Virus record (IMG/VR): IMGVR_UViG_3300018080_006410
Strand: one strand, 5' to 3'
Source of the DNA: an uncultured virus (IMG/VR IMGVR_UViG_3300018080_006410)
Taxonomy: Duplodnaviria > Heunggongvirae > Uroviricota > Caudoviricetes
Length of the DNA: 64,000 nucleotides
Positions 35,179-43,743 of this stretch are shown here, piece by piece; position 1 is the stretch's first letter, and the number at the start of each line of letters is the position of its first letter. The notes beneath the pieces are model-generated. The model was not told where the DNA came from, searched no databases, and was given only the letters and a program-made list of their open reading frames with translations. The position numbers were made by a program, and so were the translations under genes.

Positions 35179-36081
35179 TCACATGTTCGCCATGGCCGTC
35201 GCCAGCTTGGCGCGGCCACTCTCCTCCTCCTCCAGGGCGTCGTCCCACAGGCCGTCGTCCCGGAGGCCCTCGATCTCCTGCCCCACCAGGTCCGAGATCA
35301 CCTGCGGCGGGAGCGAGTCCAGCTCCCACGACTCGTAGCCGTGAAGGTCCACGTAGGACCCCGGCGTCACGTTCCCCTGCCTGTCGACCCCGGCCCGCAC
35401 GTCCGACAGCTTGGCCGGGTTCGGGGGCGGCCCGTGGAGCCTCACCTGGTCCATGTTCAGCGCCAGGCGCCGGACCTCGACGGGGCCGTCCACGAACAGG
35501 CTCAGCCTCTCCTCGATGTCCCTCGTCATGTCGATCCCCGAGGGGTCGTGGTCCCCCAGGTGCAGGACGATCGGCGCCCTTCCTGCCTGGACGCGACGCG
35601 CCATGCGCTCCGCCGCCTCGTGCATGAAGCTCTGGGAGACGTAGCCGCGGCAGGCGAAGTAGGGGACCTGGTGCTGGTCGCACACCCCGTCAATCACGCC
35701 GACAAGGGCCTGCTTCTCGATCCACACCTCCAGGGCCACCTCCTGGCGGGCCCACTTGTCGATCCGGAACTGCGAGACCACCGACGACATGATCTCCCTC
35801 GGCCCGTCCCAGTGCGGCAGGCTCCGGAGCGTCCTGGTCCTGTCCTTGATGACCCCCCAGTCGATCAGCCCCGCCATCCTGGCGTCGCTCACGATCGACT
35901 GGAGGCGCTTGTACGACCTCTCGGTGTTCGGCAGCAGCGCCCGGGCCACGAACTGATAGAACAACTGGCGCAACGTCAGGTCGTATCCCTGCCCGACATA
36001 CTCGTCGATGATGTCGTTGGCCTGATCGACGACGTCCAGCGCCGGCCCCATAAACCTCCTGTCCACGTAGGCGATCTTCAT
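35179..36081 (-). CDS. Topoisomerase VI subunit A-like (Mini-A/Spo11-like TOPRIM) protein
   Basis: LTLRQLFYQ (5Y-CAP Tyr), EVWIEKQAL, RGYVS, LGDHDPSG (DxD), WELDSL. Confidence 0.8.
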   Translation of the reverse strand: MKIAYVDRRFMGPALDVVDQANDIIDEYVGQGYDLTLRQLFYQFVARALLPNTERSYKRLQSIVSDARMAGLIDWGVIKDRTRTLRSLPHWDGPREIMSSVVSQFRIDKWARQEVALEVWIEKQALVGVIDGVCDQHQVPYFACRGYVSQSFMHEAAERMARRVQAGRAPIVLHLGDHDPSGIDMTRDIEERLSLFVDGPVEVRRLALNMDQVRLHGPPPNPAKLSDVRAGVDRQGNVTPGSYVDLHGYESWELDSLPPQVISDLVGQEIEGLRDDGLWDDALEEEESGRAKLATAMANM

Positions 36082-36599
36082 GTCATCCCCCCCCTGTTCG
36101 GCAAAGGCTCGTCCACGAAGACCCTCTCGGCCCTCGGGTCGTCCTCCATCTCCACGGCCATCCTCGCCACGACGTCGAGCGGGACTCCGTGCGTCCCTCG
36201 CTCCAGGCAGAGCCGGACGTCGTCCAGGTCCTTGCACCACATCTCGACGATCCTGACCACGTATCCCATCAGCATCCCGATCTTGACGTAGTTCTCGTAC
36301 ATCCACCGCTTGACGTGCGTGTTCGCGACCACGATGGTCCTGCGCACGTCCCCGAAGACCTCCACGGAGGCCCCGGGGCCGGTGGCGTCCAGCAGCATCG
36401 CCGACAAGACCTTGGCCATGCACGCCGACACAGCCTCGGACTGCCTCTTGATGTCGAATCGGTACTCGCGAATGCCGCTGTCCAAGAGGGCCATGTGGAA
36501 GTCGTCGTTGCAGCAGTGGACGGCGTCCGGATAGACCGCCTTCGCCCAGCTCGTCTTGCCCGAGCCCGGAATTCCCCGCATGATGACCAGCGTTGCCAT
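36078..36599 (-). CDS. AAA_33/polynucleotide-kinase-like P-loop protein
   Basis: IMRGIPGSGKTSWA, NDDF, VVANTH, HGVP. Confidence 0.85.
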   Translation of the reverse strand: MATLVIMRGIPGSGKTSWAKAVYPDAVHCCNDDFHMALLDSGIREYRFDIKRQSEAVSACMAKVLSAMLLDATGPGASVEVFGDVRRTIVVANTHVKRWMYENYVKIGMLMGYVVRIVEMWCKDLDDVRLCLERGTHGVPLDVVARMAVEMEDDPRAERVFVDEPLPNRGGMT

Positions 36600-36603
36600 G
36601 ACG

Positions 36604-37140
36604 TCACTCCTTCTCTTTCCGCCTGGACGCGCGCGCCTCCCGGCGATCCTTCCAATGCTTCCTCAGGGTCTCCTGGTGGGCAGCCAGCTTGGGCTCGTCC
36701 ATCAAGGCCCTGACCGTACCGCCGAACCGGTCGACGTGCTCCCGAGCGACCTCCTCGGTCTCCCACACCGTCGCGTGGTAGGGACTCTCCTGCGGATAGC
36801 TCGCGCCGAGCTGCTGCTTGGCCCACGTGCCATCGTCGTTCACCACTATGAAGCCGACGCCCTCACCCGTGCAGTCCAGGGAGACCTTGCCGCCCTTCTC
36901 GACGTAGTAGCCGCCGAACTCCTCGGTGACCAGGAGGATGAAGCTCCAGACGGAACCGCCCCTCGGCCTCTCCCAATACGGGAAACGGTCCTTGTAGGCG
37001 TCGAGCGGCCAGAAGCCGTACTCCCCGACGGAGGAAAGAGACCTCCCCACGTCAGCGACGTGTTCGCCGTCAACCTCGACACGAAACGCCATACCTGAAT
37101 TCACATCCTCGACCTCGACCAACACAACCCTCTTCATCAC
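36604..37140 (-). CDS. Hypothetical protein
   Basis: ORF track. Confidence 0.6.
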   Translation of the reverse strand: MMKRVVLVEVEDVNSGMAFRVEVDGEHVADVGRSLSSVGEYGFWPLDAYKDRFPYWERPRGGSVWSFILLVTEEFGGYYVEKGGKVSLDCTGEGVGFIVVNDDGTWAKQQLGASYPQESPYHATVWETEEVAREHVDRFGGTVRALMDEPKLAAHQETLRKHWKDRREARASRRKEKE

Positions 37141-37325
37141 GGACCTCCTTTCGACGCCGTTCTCTCAATAACGGCCCCGAGAGGCTTGATCCCATGCGAG
37201 CCCGCGTCGCCTCGGACGACCCGACGCCTCACCCAGCCGGTCCCGATGCTGCTCGGACCCGTCATATCACGACGCTCGCGCGTGACCACGTTCTCCACCA
37301 TCCACGTCTCGCCGGCCGGAACCAC

Positions 37326-37640
37326 CTAGGCACCCTTCCTCGTCCTCCGAATGCACTCCTCGCTCATCCGACAATTAGAGCACGCAGTGGACAAGGCATA
37401 GAAATGCCCAAAGCACGACCCCACATCAAGAACTCGACCATCCCCGTCCCAGATCGGATAGCGATCATCGTCGCACTCCACGGCCGGAACCGTCACCACC
37501 ATCGGATGCCGATCCAAGGCGATCCCGTCGGCGTACCCCAAGGCGTCGGCCTCGGTCTCGAACCGACGACGCGTCACCTGGACGTACTTCCGCTCCTTCG
37601 GCTCCCCGTCCAGGCAGATTACCACTATGCTCAGCTTCAT
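37326..37640 (-). CDS. Hypothetical protein with a CFG...CxxC...C tail
   Basis: Same CFG module as 15928-16572. Confidence 0.55.
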   Translation of the reverse strand: MKLSIVVICLDGEPKERKYVQVTRRRFETEADALGYADGIALDRHPMVVTVPAVECDDDRYPIWDGDGRVLDVGSCFGHFYALSTACSNCRMSEECIRRTRKGA

Positions 37641-38101
37641 GTCGCCTCCATCTTGGGCATCCCCAGCGTGACCGCCAGAACGTCCAGGTCGTCAGGTGCC
37701 GACCGCAGCCCCAGACCCGTAGACCCGAGGCCGATGATCTTCACATGGTCGTCGAGGACCACGATGGCACCGGCGGACAAGGGACTCCCGCCGGCGTCGC
37801 GGACCATCTGCCTGTGGCTCGTTCTCTCGATGTCCCCGAAGACGACGCGCCCGCTCCTCATCCGCACGTACTTGTAGACGCCGGGCTCCAGGGTCGTCCC
37901 GGGCCGGACGCCGGCATCGCCACCGGAATGCCGCGGGCAGACCACGCGGCCCTCGACGAGCGCCGCGTCGTCAAGAGGCACGGCGCGCTTGCAGACGTGG
38001 CACGGGACGAAGCTCTCCTTCTTGGTCGGGTTCTGAATGCTCCCGCACCTCTCGCACGGATCGCCCCTGCGCTCCTTCTGGCCCTTGTGGATCTTGTCCA
38101 T
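37637..38101 (-). CDS. Zn-finger hypothetical protein
   Basis: CERCG, CHVC, CPRH. Confidence 0.6.
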   Translation of the reverse strand: MDKIHKGQKERRGDPCERCGSIQNPTKKESFVPCHVCKRAVPLDDAALVEGRVVCPRHSGGDAGVRPGTTLEPGVYKYVRMRSGRVVFGDIERTSHRQMVRDAGGSPLSAGAIVVLDDHVKIIGLGSTGLGLRSAPDDLDVLAVTLGMPKMEAT

Positions 38102-38305
38102 CAGACGTCCTCCGTCACCAGCGGCCTCTGCCAGGTCTCCTTGGCCTCGGAGTCGGAACCCTGGCGGCTCACCGGCCCGAAATCGACCCTCAGAAGCCGC
38201 CCGCAGTCCGGGCACCAGAAGACCCTGGCAACCGTGTCGCCGTAATCCTTCTCATGGGCCACCCGACTCATGACCTCGCCGCACTTGCACTCGCGCTTGT
38301 CCATG

Positions 38306-38707
38306 TCAGACCTCCAGTCCTCGCCTCTTGGCCTCCGCAATCACGATGGCCCTGTGCTCCTCTTTCGTCGCGCTGCCGAGGACCTCGTACTCGGCCCCCA
38401 TCTCGTCCAGGTCGGCCCTGTAGAGGTCCGTCACGATCCTCCTGTCGCCCTTCAGGTGGACGAGCACGTCGTTCGTCACGCCGTCGGCCACGGCTTCGCC
38501 CGAGGCCACCACCGGGCGCCGCCACACGTCCTTCCTGAACCGGACCAGGTAGTACATCTTGATCTCGGGCATCGCCTCGCAGATCGGACACGGCCGCGTG
38601 CAGGCCAACGCCTGCGCCTCCCCGGGACTCACGTGCCGGACGAACGGCGACGGCTTGCCCAGCAACCTGATCTTGTCACCCTGCTTGAACTTGTAGAACT
38701 CAGTCAT
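38306..38707 (-). CDS. Hypothetical protein
   Basis: MTEFYKFKQGDKIRLLG...CPICE. Confidence 0.6.
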   Translation of the reverse strand: MTEFYKFKQGDKIRLLGKPSPFVRHVSPGEAQALACTRPCPICEAMPEIKMYYLVRFRKDVWRRPVVASGEAVADGVTNDVLVHLKGDRRIVTDLYRADLDEMGAEYEVLGSATKEEHRAIVIAEAKRRGLEV

Positions 38708-38717
38708 GTCAGGTCTC

Positions 38718-39149
38718 CTAGTTGAAACTAGGGACGCCCCTGTGGAAGCGCCCGGCCAGCCCCTCGATCTCCGTCCACGGCCCCAGGGTCGCGCCCGAGC
38801 CGTGGCGCAGTATCGACGCCATCTCGGAGCTGGCCTCGAGCCCATGGTAGAAGTTGGCCAGCACGACCTCCTCGCGCTCGGGATCGTCCTCCGGGGCCAT
38901 CTCGTCCTGCTCCGACGCCCACGCCTCCGAGACGAAGGCGAACAGCACCATCGCCGCCCGGAGCTCGCAGATCGCCTCCGCCAGCATCTCCTTCTGAGCC
39001 TCGTCGGCCGTGGGGACCTGAATCACCGCCACCTCTCCCGGAGGAGCCCCGTGGGGAACCGCGTAGATGGCCGGCATCAACTCGCCGTCCCGGCTCAGCA
39101 TCTCCTCCGCGACACCCTTTACGGCTCTCTCGAACTCATGCCTTTCCAT
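38718..39149 (-). CDS. Hypothetical protein
   Basis: FVSEAW...PEDDPEREEVV phage family pattern. Confidence 0.65.
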   Translation of the reverse strand: MERHEFERAVKGVAEEMLSRDGELMPAIYAVPHGAPPGEVAVIQVPTADEAQKEMLAEAICELRAAMVLFAFVSEAWASEQDEMAPEDDPEREEVVLANFYHGLEASSEMASILRHGSGATLGPWTEIEGLAGRFHRGVPSFN

Positions 39150-39411
39150 GCTTCATCTCCCTGATGAAAGCCACGAGACTATCCACCGAGACCGAGCTTC
39201 TCACGCTGTACCGCACGCCACTCTCGTCAAGCTCCGCCTTCCTCTTGTCGTCAACAACCGCATGCTCGCCCGCCTCATAGAGACTCACGCCGACATCTGG
39301 CTCTTCAGTCACGATTGGCGTCACGATCCTCCGACTGCCAGGCTCGGGACGGATGTTTCCCACGTCGGCCCACACGTCGGTTTCCGGAACGATCACGTGA
39401 AGCATCCTCAT
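39136..39411 (-). CDS. Small hypothetical protein
   Basis: MRMLHVIVPE... Confidence 0.55.
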   Translation of the reverse strand: MRMLHVIVPETDVWADVGNIRPEPGSRRIVTPIVTEEPDVGVSLYEAGEHAVVDDKRKAELDESGVRYSVRSSVSVDSLVAFIREMKHGKA

Positions 39412-39629
39412 ATGTCGTCCCCCTTCAGGATGGTGTCGATGTGCTCGGTGGGGCGACCCCCGACGAAGTCCCGGCGCCCCGCGCGCTCCTCGTCCAGGGC
39501 GCCGGCGAACACCTTCATGTTGGTGGCCAGCGTCCCCATCACGTCCTTCCGCCCAGGGCTGTGGTAGAGCAGCGTCAGGTCCCACCTGATCGCGTCCGAC
39601 ACCTGCACCATGTTCGCTCTCGTCCTCAT
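39408..39629 (-). CDS. Small hypothetical protein
   Basis: MRTRANMVQV... Confidence 0.5.
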   Translation of the reverse strand: MRTRANMVQVSDAIRWDLTLLYHSPGRKDVMGTLATNMKVFAGALDEERAGRRDFVGGRPTEHIDTILKGDDI

Positions 39630-39639
39630 TCGTTCCTCC

Positions 39640-40434
39640 TCACGCCATCCGGAAGCAGCCGCCGCCAGCCCGCTCGAAACGCCCGTCGCCCTTGCGCATG
39701 GCCTTGGCGATGGCGTCCCTGAGGGAGTTGGCGGGATTGCTCGCGGTGGTCTTGTAGACGCCACTGGCGATGGCCCGGTCGGCGATCTCACTGTAGTGCA
39801 GCCCGCCCGAGGAAGCTTCCGCCAGCACCACGCACGCCGCGTCGAGGATGGACATGCCCGCGCCAGCAGCCTTCGAGGCAGCCTTCGGAGCAGCCTTCGG
39901 GGCAGCCTTCCTGGTCCTCTTCGGAGCGGCCTTCGGAGCGGCCTTCGGAGCGGCGAGGGTCTCGTTGACGATCCCCGCCAGCTTGTCGCCGTGCTTCTTG
40001 ACGAGCCAGTCCTTCATGTCGGGCGAGAACGCCTCGTTGATCGTGTGGTACTGGCCCTTCTCGTCGTCCTTCAGGTTGAACACGGTCTTCGTCCGGCAGC
40101 TCCGCTTGAGCCACTTCGCCGTCTCGCAGGCGTCCACCAAGGCGCAGACGAACTTGTCCTCAGGCTCGAACTTTTCGTCGGTCACCGACCGGACGTGATT
40201 CACGAAGAGGGCCTCCTCCGGCGTGCACCGGAGCGTCCACGGCTTATCCTCGTGGTTGACTATGTCCACCTCGACGCGAGTCTCGGCGTAGTCGAGCCAG
40301 TGGTAGTCGTAGCAGCCGCCGTTGGCCGAGTCGTCGACCGTGGCCACGCGCTTGCCGTCGCGATAGAGGGTGGCGTTGAAGCCTCTACCCTCAAGGCCCC
40401 TGAGGCTCTTGACGTTCCTGATCTCGTAGTTCAT
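39640..40434 (-). CDS. Protein with N-terminal phage domain, histone-like (PKAA)n linker and C-terminal HARE-HTH
   Basis: SILDAACVVL...LHYSEIADRAIASG...NPANSL...RFERAGGGCF. Confidence 0.8.
   Translation of the reverse strand: MNYEIRNVKSLRGLEGRGFNATLYRDGKRVATVDDSANGGCYDYHWLDYAETRVEVDIVNHEDKPWTLRCTPEEALFVNHVRSVTDEKFEPEDKFVCALVDACETAKWLKRSCRTKTVFNLKDDEKGQYHTINEAFSPDMKDWLVKKHGDKLAGIVNETLAAPKAAPKAAPKRTRKAAPKAAPKAASKAAGAGMSILDAACVVLAEASSGGLHYSEIADRAIASGVYKTTASNPANSLRDAIAKAMRKGDGRFERAGGGCFRMA
39867..39953. repeat. 12-bp tandem repeats (gcrgccttcgga) encoding PKAA
   Basis: About 6 copies, read directly. Confidence 0.85.
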
Positions 40435-40467
40435 CTCGATTCTCCTTTGTCGACCGCGTCTCCACCT

Positions 40468-40497
40468 CCATATTGCCAAAAGAGGGCGGTTTTCCAC
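40468..40497 (-). promoter_or_regulatory. Class 1 promoter-like motif, copy 6
   Basis: ccatattgccaaa-agagggcg-gttttccac. Confidence 0.8.
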
Positions 40498-40541
40498 GCG
40501 GACCGGAGAAAAAAGCTGAAAAAACACCAGGAAGGGACCCG

Positions 40542-40925
40542 TCACTCCGCCTGACGGCTCGACGGGCGCCCCCGGCTCCTCTTGACCTTGAAAGTCGGGA
40601 AACGGTCACGGGCACGCTTCCGGAGCGGGCAATGGGCGAGTTTCAGCGGAACGCCGCAGAAGGCCAGGAAGTTCCTGGCGCTCACGCAGGCCGCCCGGTT
40701 GTCCTTCGGGCTGGCGATCCTGACGGCGCCCTCGTCCGGGTGGTTCACGAAGTCGACGCCGACCCTGGAGCGCTCCCTGTCGAAGTAGAAGACGGCGTGC
40801 GAGAACTCCCTGATGCGGAAGCGGACGCACGCCGCCGTGTTGAAGCCGATCTTGCCATTGGCATAGATCACCGCCATTGGCTCGTCTACGCGTCGCCTGC
40901 CCCCCGCGAACTTCTCGAACGCCAT
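40542..40925 (-). CDS. Hypothetical protein, possibly a swapped-hairpin DNA-binding fold
   Basis: IYANGKIGFNTAA...FYFDRERSRVGV. Confidence 0.6.
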   Translation of the reverse strand: MAFEKFAGGRRRVDEPMAVIYANGKIGFNTAACVRFRIREFSHAVFYFDRERSRVGVDFVNHPDEGAVRIASPKDNRAACVSARNFLAFCGVPLKLAHCPLRKRARDRFPTFKVKRSRGRPSSRQAE

Positions 40926-41006
40926 CTCGTCGCCCTCCTCGCTTTGCAGTCACACGCGAGGAAAGGCCATTCCCGAAACCCCTCGGCGACCTCCTCGCTC
41001 CATCAA

Positions 41007-41016
41007 TCATACGCGA
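41007..41016 (-). promoter_or_regulatory. Class 2 promoter-like -10 motif (CGCGTATGAT)
   Basis: Intergenic, upstream of the 40925 gene. Confidence 0.45.
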
Positions 41017-41062
41017 GAAGAGGCCGTTCTCCGAACCCCTCGTCGAATTTTCACGCCCCTCG

Positions 41063-43141
41063 TCACCTCTTCCACCACCACTCGTTGTTCTGGTACCACC
41101 TCACGGTCTCGTACAGCCCGACCCCGAACAGGACCGCCGGCGTCCATCCGAGCTCGTCCGTGGCCCTCCCGAAGTCGATGGCGTACCTGAAGTCGTGACC
41201 CTTGCGATCCTCCACGAACTCCATCAGCCCGGCGTCCAGGTTCAAATTCGCCAGGATCGTCCTCACCACCGTCAGGTTGTCCAGCTCGCTGTCCCCGCCG
41301 AAGTTGTAGACCCTTCCCGCGCGACCATTCAGGAGCGCCGCCATGATGCCCCGGCAATGGTCGTTGACGTGTATCCAGTCCCGGACGTTGGTCCCGTCGC
41401 CGTAGACCGGCAGCCTCTCGCCCCGGATGGCCCTCGTCGTCATCAGCGGGATCAGCTTCTCCGGGTCCTGCCAGGGCCCGTAGTTGTTGGAGCACCTGGT
41501 CACGACCACGTCCAGCCCGTGCGTCCGGACGAAGCTCAGGGCCAGCAGGTCCGCCGCCGCCTTGGAGGCGGAGTAGGGCGAGCTCGGCAGGAGCCGGTCG
41601 TCCTCCCTGGACGGCCTCGCCCCCTTCCCGATGTCCCCGTAGACCTCGTCAGTGTTCCCGCAATAGTCGAATCTGCCGTTCCTCTCGACAACAAAGTTGG
41701 CATTGTCGCGTACCTTCAAACACCATATCTTCCCACAATAGTCAATCGTCGACACATGGCTCCCAGTCAACGACTTCGTGGTCTTGGCCAAAAACACATA
41801 GTAGCCATCACCCTCAACCACCCTGCCATCAATCACCGACTTCATATGACGGAACCGCCTTTGCGGCTTCAATCCGATCTTGAGGGCAATCTCGCACACG
41901 GCATCAACCAAAAACACCGAACTTGAATAGAAAATCCGAAGAGAGCCGTCTCCTTTCCTACTGCCATCCGAATCGACCAGGCCCTCCAGAAGACATCTTA
42001 GATAGGCCGGCCCATATTCCTTCGCCCACATGGGCACTCTCTTGTTCTTTGCCCCCCTCATGCAATTCCGATCAAAAAACCGGCACCACTCCTTCGAGGT
42101 GAAATACAAATGCTCTCCCGACGCACCACGATACCCATGCCAAGCAATCCCCAGACGGGTCAGCGTCTCCTCCACCCTTTTGCGGCACGCATCACTCTCT
42201 GGTATGTCTATAAAGATTCGATAGCTTCTGCACGTAGACTCGGTATGTTCCCCAACCATCCCAACATCCTCAAACTTCCCACCACGACCTCTTGCCTCCT
42301 TCAACCAATCCTCCTTCGCCAAACCACTCTTGTTCGGAACATTCCTCTCCTGATAGGCGGTAAATCCGTCTCCAAGAAAAATGCCCATCAAATACATCAG
42401 GTCACGACTGTCCACCAAACCCAGACCCTCCACTCTCGTATGTGGCAGATCACGCCCCACCCACTCCCCTGTAGGAAAGTAGAAACGGCTTCTCATCGCC
42501 GTCTTCCTGGCCTCCTCGACAACAAGATTCCTAGAACGGTTCAAGATGAACATCCGATGATTGGGAGTCACACAGAGATCAACCCTCTGACCTGAAAAAC
42601 AAAGCATCTCCCCCTCATAGTCCTGTACGATCACCTTGTCTACTGGCTTCGTCTCAATCTCCCCAGTCGAAGGATTGATCGAAATAACCTCGTCACCCTC
42701 TTCTATTTCGTCATACTCTTTCAATCCAGAGGTCGTCAAAGCCCTGGTCTTGTCGTCATAGCACGAGACCTGAAGGAACCGCTCGACCCCGAACGACCTG
42801 GCGCACTCCAGGAGCACCTGCGTCCCGAGCACGTTGGTCCGGACAAAGGCCGACGAGTCCTCGATGGACCTGTCGACATGGCTCTCGGCCGCGAAGTGGA
42901 CCACGTAGTCCGGCCGGTGGACCTCGAAGACCGACCTCATCAGGCGCTCGTCCGCGATGTCGGCCGTGACGTGACGGTAGTCGTGGCCGTCCAGGCGCCG
43001 GCGGTCGCCGGCGTAGGTGTCCCAGTCCACGTTCACGATCTCCGCCGTGCCATCCCCCGACAGCATCCGTACGAACTCGCTCCCGATGAAGCCCCAGCCG
43101 CCCGTGACCAGGACCTTCTTGCCGTCAATCGCCTTCTCCAT
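41063..43141 (-). CDS. rmlB: dTDP-glucose 4,6-dehydratase containing an intein
   Basis: VLVTGGWGFIGS, HFAAESHVDRSI, TNVLGT, QVS|intein|TDEVYG, PYSASKAA, RCSNNYGP, RDWIHV, DRKGHDFRYA. Confidence 0.95.
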   Translation of the reverse strand: MEKAIDGKKVLVTGGWGFIGSEFVRMLSGDGTAEIVNVDWDTYAGDRRRLDGHDYRHVTADIADERLMRSVFEVHRPDYVVHFAAESHVDRSIEDSSAFVRTNVLGTQVLLECARSFGVERFLQVSCYDDKTRALTTSGLKEYDEIEEGDEVISINPSTGEIETKPVDKVIVQDYEGEMLCFSGQRVDLCVTPNHRMFILNRSRNLVVEEARKTAMRSRFYFPTGEWVGRDLPHTRVEGLGLVDSRDLMYLMGIFLGDGFTAYQERNVPNKSGLAKEDWLKEARGRGGKFEDVGMVGEHTESTCRSYRIFIDIPESDACRKRVEETLTRLGIAWHGYRGASGEHLYFTSKEWCRFFDRNCMRGAKNKRVPMWAKEYGPAYLRCLLEGLVDSDGSRKGDGSLRIFYSSSVFLVDAVCEIALKIGLKPQRRFRHMKSVIDGRVVEGDGYYVFLAKTTKSLTGSHVSTIDYCGKIWCLKVRDNANFVVERNGRFDYCGNTDEVYGDIGKGARPSREDDRLLPSSPYSASKAAADLLALSFVRTHGLDVVVTRCSNNYGPWQDPEKLIPLMTTRAIRGERLPVYGDGTNVRDWIHVNDHCRGIMAALLNGRAGRVYNFGGDSELDNLTVVRTILANLNLDAGLMEFVEDRKGHDFRYAIDFGRATDELGWTPAVLFGVGLYETVRWYQNNEWWWKR
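41654..42763 (-). mobile_element. 370-aa intein with LAGLIDADG homing endonuclease in rmlB
   Basis: Starts CYDDKTRALT; block B VTPNH; LMGIFLGDG and LEGLVDSDG; ends FDYCGN before Thr+1; lower GC than exteins. Confidence 0.92.
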
Positions 43142-43355
43142 CTCGCCTCTCCCAGAACACCCAGGCCCATTCCTTCGAGAACGCCGCCTTGAAGTGCCTG
43201 CGGCACCTCTCGCACTGCACCCTGCATATCTTGTAGTCGGAGTTCGCCGACTCCACCAGCTCCGGCCGGCCGCCGCACTCGCATCCCCTCGCGTCGTCGT
43301 CGTGGCGCCTCGCCCGTCTCGGCTCCACCCATTCAACCTCGGCTGCCATGACCAC
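43125..43355 (-). CDS. Small Zn-ribbon protein (Lar-like)
   Basis: CECGGRP...VQCERC...WERR. Confidence 0.55.
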   Translation of the reverse strand: MVMAAEVEWVEPRRARRHDDDARGCECGGRPELVESANSDYKICRVQCERCRRHFKAAFSKEWAWVFWERRDGEGD

Positions 43356-43743
43356 CCACTCCTCTCCCCATCCTCTCCCGCAGCCTCCTCCTGACCATGG
43401 CCGCCGCGGCAGCCGGCGCCTTGACCACCACCGCCGCCGGAATCCTGAGCGTCTCCACCCCGACCCTCCCCAGCCTCTCGTCCCGCTTCCTGTCTCCCGC
43501 CCTCCTCCCGGCGTGGTGCGGCCCGTCCACCTCGACGGCGAGCCCGGCCGCCGGGCACCAGAAGTCCAGAATGTAGCCTTTCATCACCCTCTGCTTGTAG
43601 AACCAGACGCCCAGCTTCCTCGAGCACAGGCGCTTCCACATGGCCCTCTCCGGCCCGGTCTGGTTCCTGGCCATCCGCGCCGCCTTCCGGCGCTTCCACT
43701 CGGCCGACCCGCGGCCCAGCCCCCTGTAGCTCCTCCTGATCAT
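43333..43743 (-). CDS. DUF559/Vsr-like endonuclease
   Basis: TGPERAMW...FYKQ...YILDFWC...AVEVDGPHH...RDERL. Confidence 0.88.
   Translation of the reverse strand: MIRRSYRGLGRGSAEWKRRKAARMARNQTGPERAMWKRLCSRKLGVWFYKQRVMKGYILDFWCPAAGLAVEVDGPHHAGRRAGDRKRDERLGRVGVETLRIPAAVVVKAPAAAAAMVRRRLRERMGRGVGGHGSRG

Noticed and set aside
35179..36081. Wadjet JetD or a complete topoisomerase VI
   Set aside because: No SMC-like JetABC or TopoVI-B gene in the window
23024..40497. Recurrent 30-bp motif as a CRISPR repeat or sigma54 promoter
   Set aside because: Copies are kilobases apart with a variable core and no cas genes; TGGCA is not followed by TTGC at the -12 position
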